Positions 62,577 to 64,000 of a stretch of DNA of 64,000 nt are shown here, piece by piece. The stretch is from an uncultured Gammaproteobacteria bacterium (GTDB lineage Bacteria; Pseudomonadota; Gammaproteobacteria; Burkholderiales; Burkholderiaceae_C): NCBI GenBank assembly GCA_963784815.1, contig CAWATB010000017.1, positions 13,864 through 77,863 on the forward strand, read 5' to 3'. Below the pieces are notes generated by a model that had not been told where the DNA came from, did no database searches, and was given only the letters and a program-made list of their open reading frames with translations. Each line of letters starts with the position of its first letter. Within the stretch, counting starts at the first letter, position 1. The translations under genes were made by a program, and so were the position numbers.

Positions 62577-64000
62577 ATGAACCACGCTACACCTCTGCAC
62601 GCATCCACGCACCGCCCATCACGCCCCTGCTTTGCGGCCACGCCTGCCGCCGTTGCCGTTGCGGTGATGTGTGCGCTGGCGGCACCTGTTGCGCTGGCGC
62701 AGACAGCCGCTGCCCCTGCCCCTGCCGACGCAGGCAAGACGCTGTCGACCGTCACGGTCAACGCCAGCGCCGACGCATCGGCGCAAGGCCTGTCACCCGC
62801 CTACCCCGGCGGCCAGGTGGCCCGTGGGGGCCGCGCGGGCATCCTGGGTACCAAGGACGCGCTGGACACGCCGTTCTCCATCACCAGCTACACCAACGAA
62901 CTCATTCAAGACCGCCACGCCCGCAGCGTGGGCGACGTGCTGCAGAACGACCCTACGGTGCGCGTGGCACGGGGCTTTGGCAATTTTCAGGAGGCGTTCT
63001 TCATCCGCGGCTTCATCCTCGATTCGGACGACACGGCCTACAACGGCCTGTACAGCCTGCTGCCGCGCCAGTACATCGCGACCGAGCTGTTTGAGCGGGT
63101 GGAAGTGCTGCGCGGTGCATCCGCCTTTTTGAACGGCGCCAGCCCCAATGGCGGTGGCCTGGGCGGCAGCATCAACCTGCTGCCCAAGCGCGCGCCCAAC
63201 GAACCCTTGAACCGCGTGACATTTGGCGTGGCCAGCGGCGGCCAAACCCAGGTGGCAGCCGACATCGCACGGCGTTTTGGGCCCGATGGCAACACCGGCA
63301 TCCGCGTGAACGCCGCCGCCCGCAATGGCGGCACGGGCGTGGATGACGAGGACGTGAAACTCGGCCTGCTGGCCGTGGGCCTGGACTGGCGCAGCCGCGA
63401 TGTGCGCCTGTCGGGCGACATCGGCTGGCAAGACCACAAACTGAAGAACACGCGCACCAACGTCACCCTGGGCAGCGCTGTCACCAGCGTGCCCAACGCC
63501 CCCGACAACCAGACCAACTTTGCGCAGCCCTGGAGCTACTCGAACGAGCGCGACGTGTTCGGCACGCTGCGGGGCGAGTGGGACCTGTCGCCCAGCACTA
63601 CGGCCTGGGCTGCGGCGGGCGCACGCCGTGGCGAAGAAGCCAACTCATTGGCGAACCTGACGGTGTCCAACGCCAGCACGGGCGCGGCCAGCACCTATCG
63701 TTTTGACAACACCCGCAAGGACAGCGTGAACACGGGCGAACTGGGCCTGCGCGGCAAGCTGCAGACCGGCAGCGTGGGGCATGAATGGGTGGCGGTGGCG
63801 TCGCACTACGACTTCGACAAGAAGAATGCCTATGCGATGGACTGGCGCAATACGCACGCCACCAATCTCTACAACCCCGTCGCCACCAACCTGCCGGGCT
63901 TCAGCGCGCAACACCCTGTTTGGCGGCGACCTGGCCAACCCGCTGCGCACCGGCAGCACGCGCCTGACCAGCTTTGCACTCGGCGACACGATGTCGTTGC
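62577..64000 (+). CDS. TonB-dependent siderophore receptor, 5' part (frameshift near 63910; runs off the window)
   Basis: Manual translation: signal peptide, TLSTVTVNA, YPGGQVARGGRAGILG, DTPFSITSYT, IRGF, ERVEVLRGASAFLNG. Confidence 0.9.
   Translation, partial: MNHATPLHASTHRPSRPCFAATPAAVAVAVMCALAAPVALAQTAAAPAPADAGKTLSTVTVNASADASAQGLSPAYPGGQVARGGRAGILGTKDALDTPFSITSYTNELIQDRHARSVGDVLQNDPTVRVARGFGNFQEAFFIRGFILDSDDTAYNGLYSLLPRQYIATELFERVEVLRGASAFLNGASPNGGGLGGSINLLPKRAPNEPLNRVTFGVASGGQTQVAADIARRFGPDGNTGIRVNAAARNGGTGVDDEDVKLGLLAVGLDWRSRDVRLSGDIGWQDHKLKNTRTNVTLGSAVTSVPNAPDNQTNFAQPWSYSNERDVFGTLRGEWDLSPSTTAWAAAGARRGEEANSLANLTVSNASTGAASTYRFDNTRKDSVNTGELGLRGKLQTGSVGHEWVAVASHYDFDKKNAYAMDWRNTHATNLYNPVATNLPGFSAQHPVWRRPGQPAAHRQHAPDQLCTRRHDVV

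Overview
Chromosomal window from a GC-rich betaproteobacterium; gene order and protein sequences suggest Comamonadaceae, Acidovorax-like (inference). The left end is a core minus-strand block: surE-pcm-nlpD-rluD-scpB-rluB-ndk-rlmN-pilW-rodZ-ispG-hisS. The middle holds metabolic and signalling genes: quinone oxidoreductase, two diguanylate cyclases, phoD, ggt, acyl-CoA ligase, dnaG-rpoD, Bug proteins, an MCP, a LysR/HMG-CoA-lyase/CoA-transferase module, FKBP, a Na+/solute symporter and ppsA/ppsR. The right end has a six-gene CzcICBA-like heavy-metal efflux cluster and an iron/peroxide block (ahpCF, FTR1, bfr, two TonB-dependent receptors, PepSY-TM). There are two small AT-richer islets: 18.1-19.5 kb, ending in an integron-integrase C-terminal remnant, and 44.7-45.9 kb. 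The most notable non-genic signals are (i) ten intergenic copies of a 42-bp double-palindrome element with nearly invariant 7-7-7-4-5-7-5 spacing, two of which bracket the 44.7-45.9 kb islet in inverted orientation; (ii) a second REP-like 24-bp repeat family; (iii) a structured ~185-nt leader RNA behind a Fur box, with mutually exclusive terminator and antiterminator stems, upstream of a TonB-dependent receptor. About ten genes, including essential dnaG, carry single-base frameshifts that are most likely sequencing errors. No rRNA, tRNA, CRISPR or intact transposase was seen.
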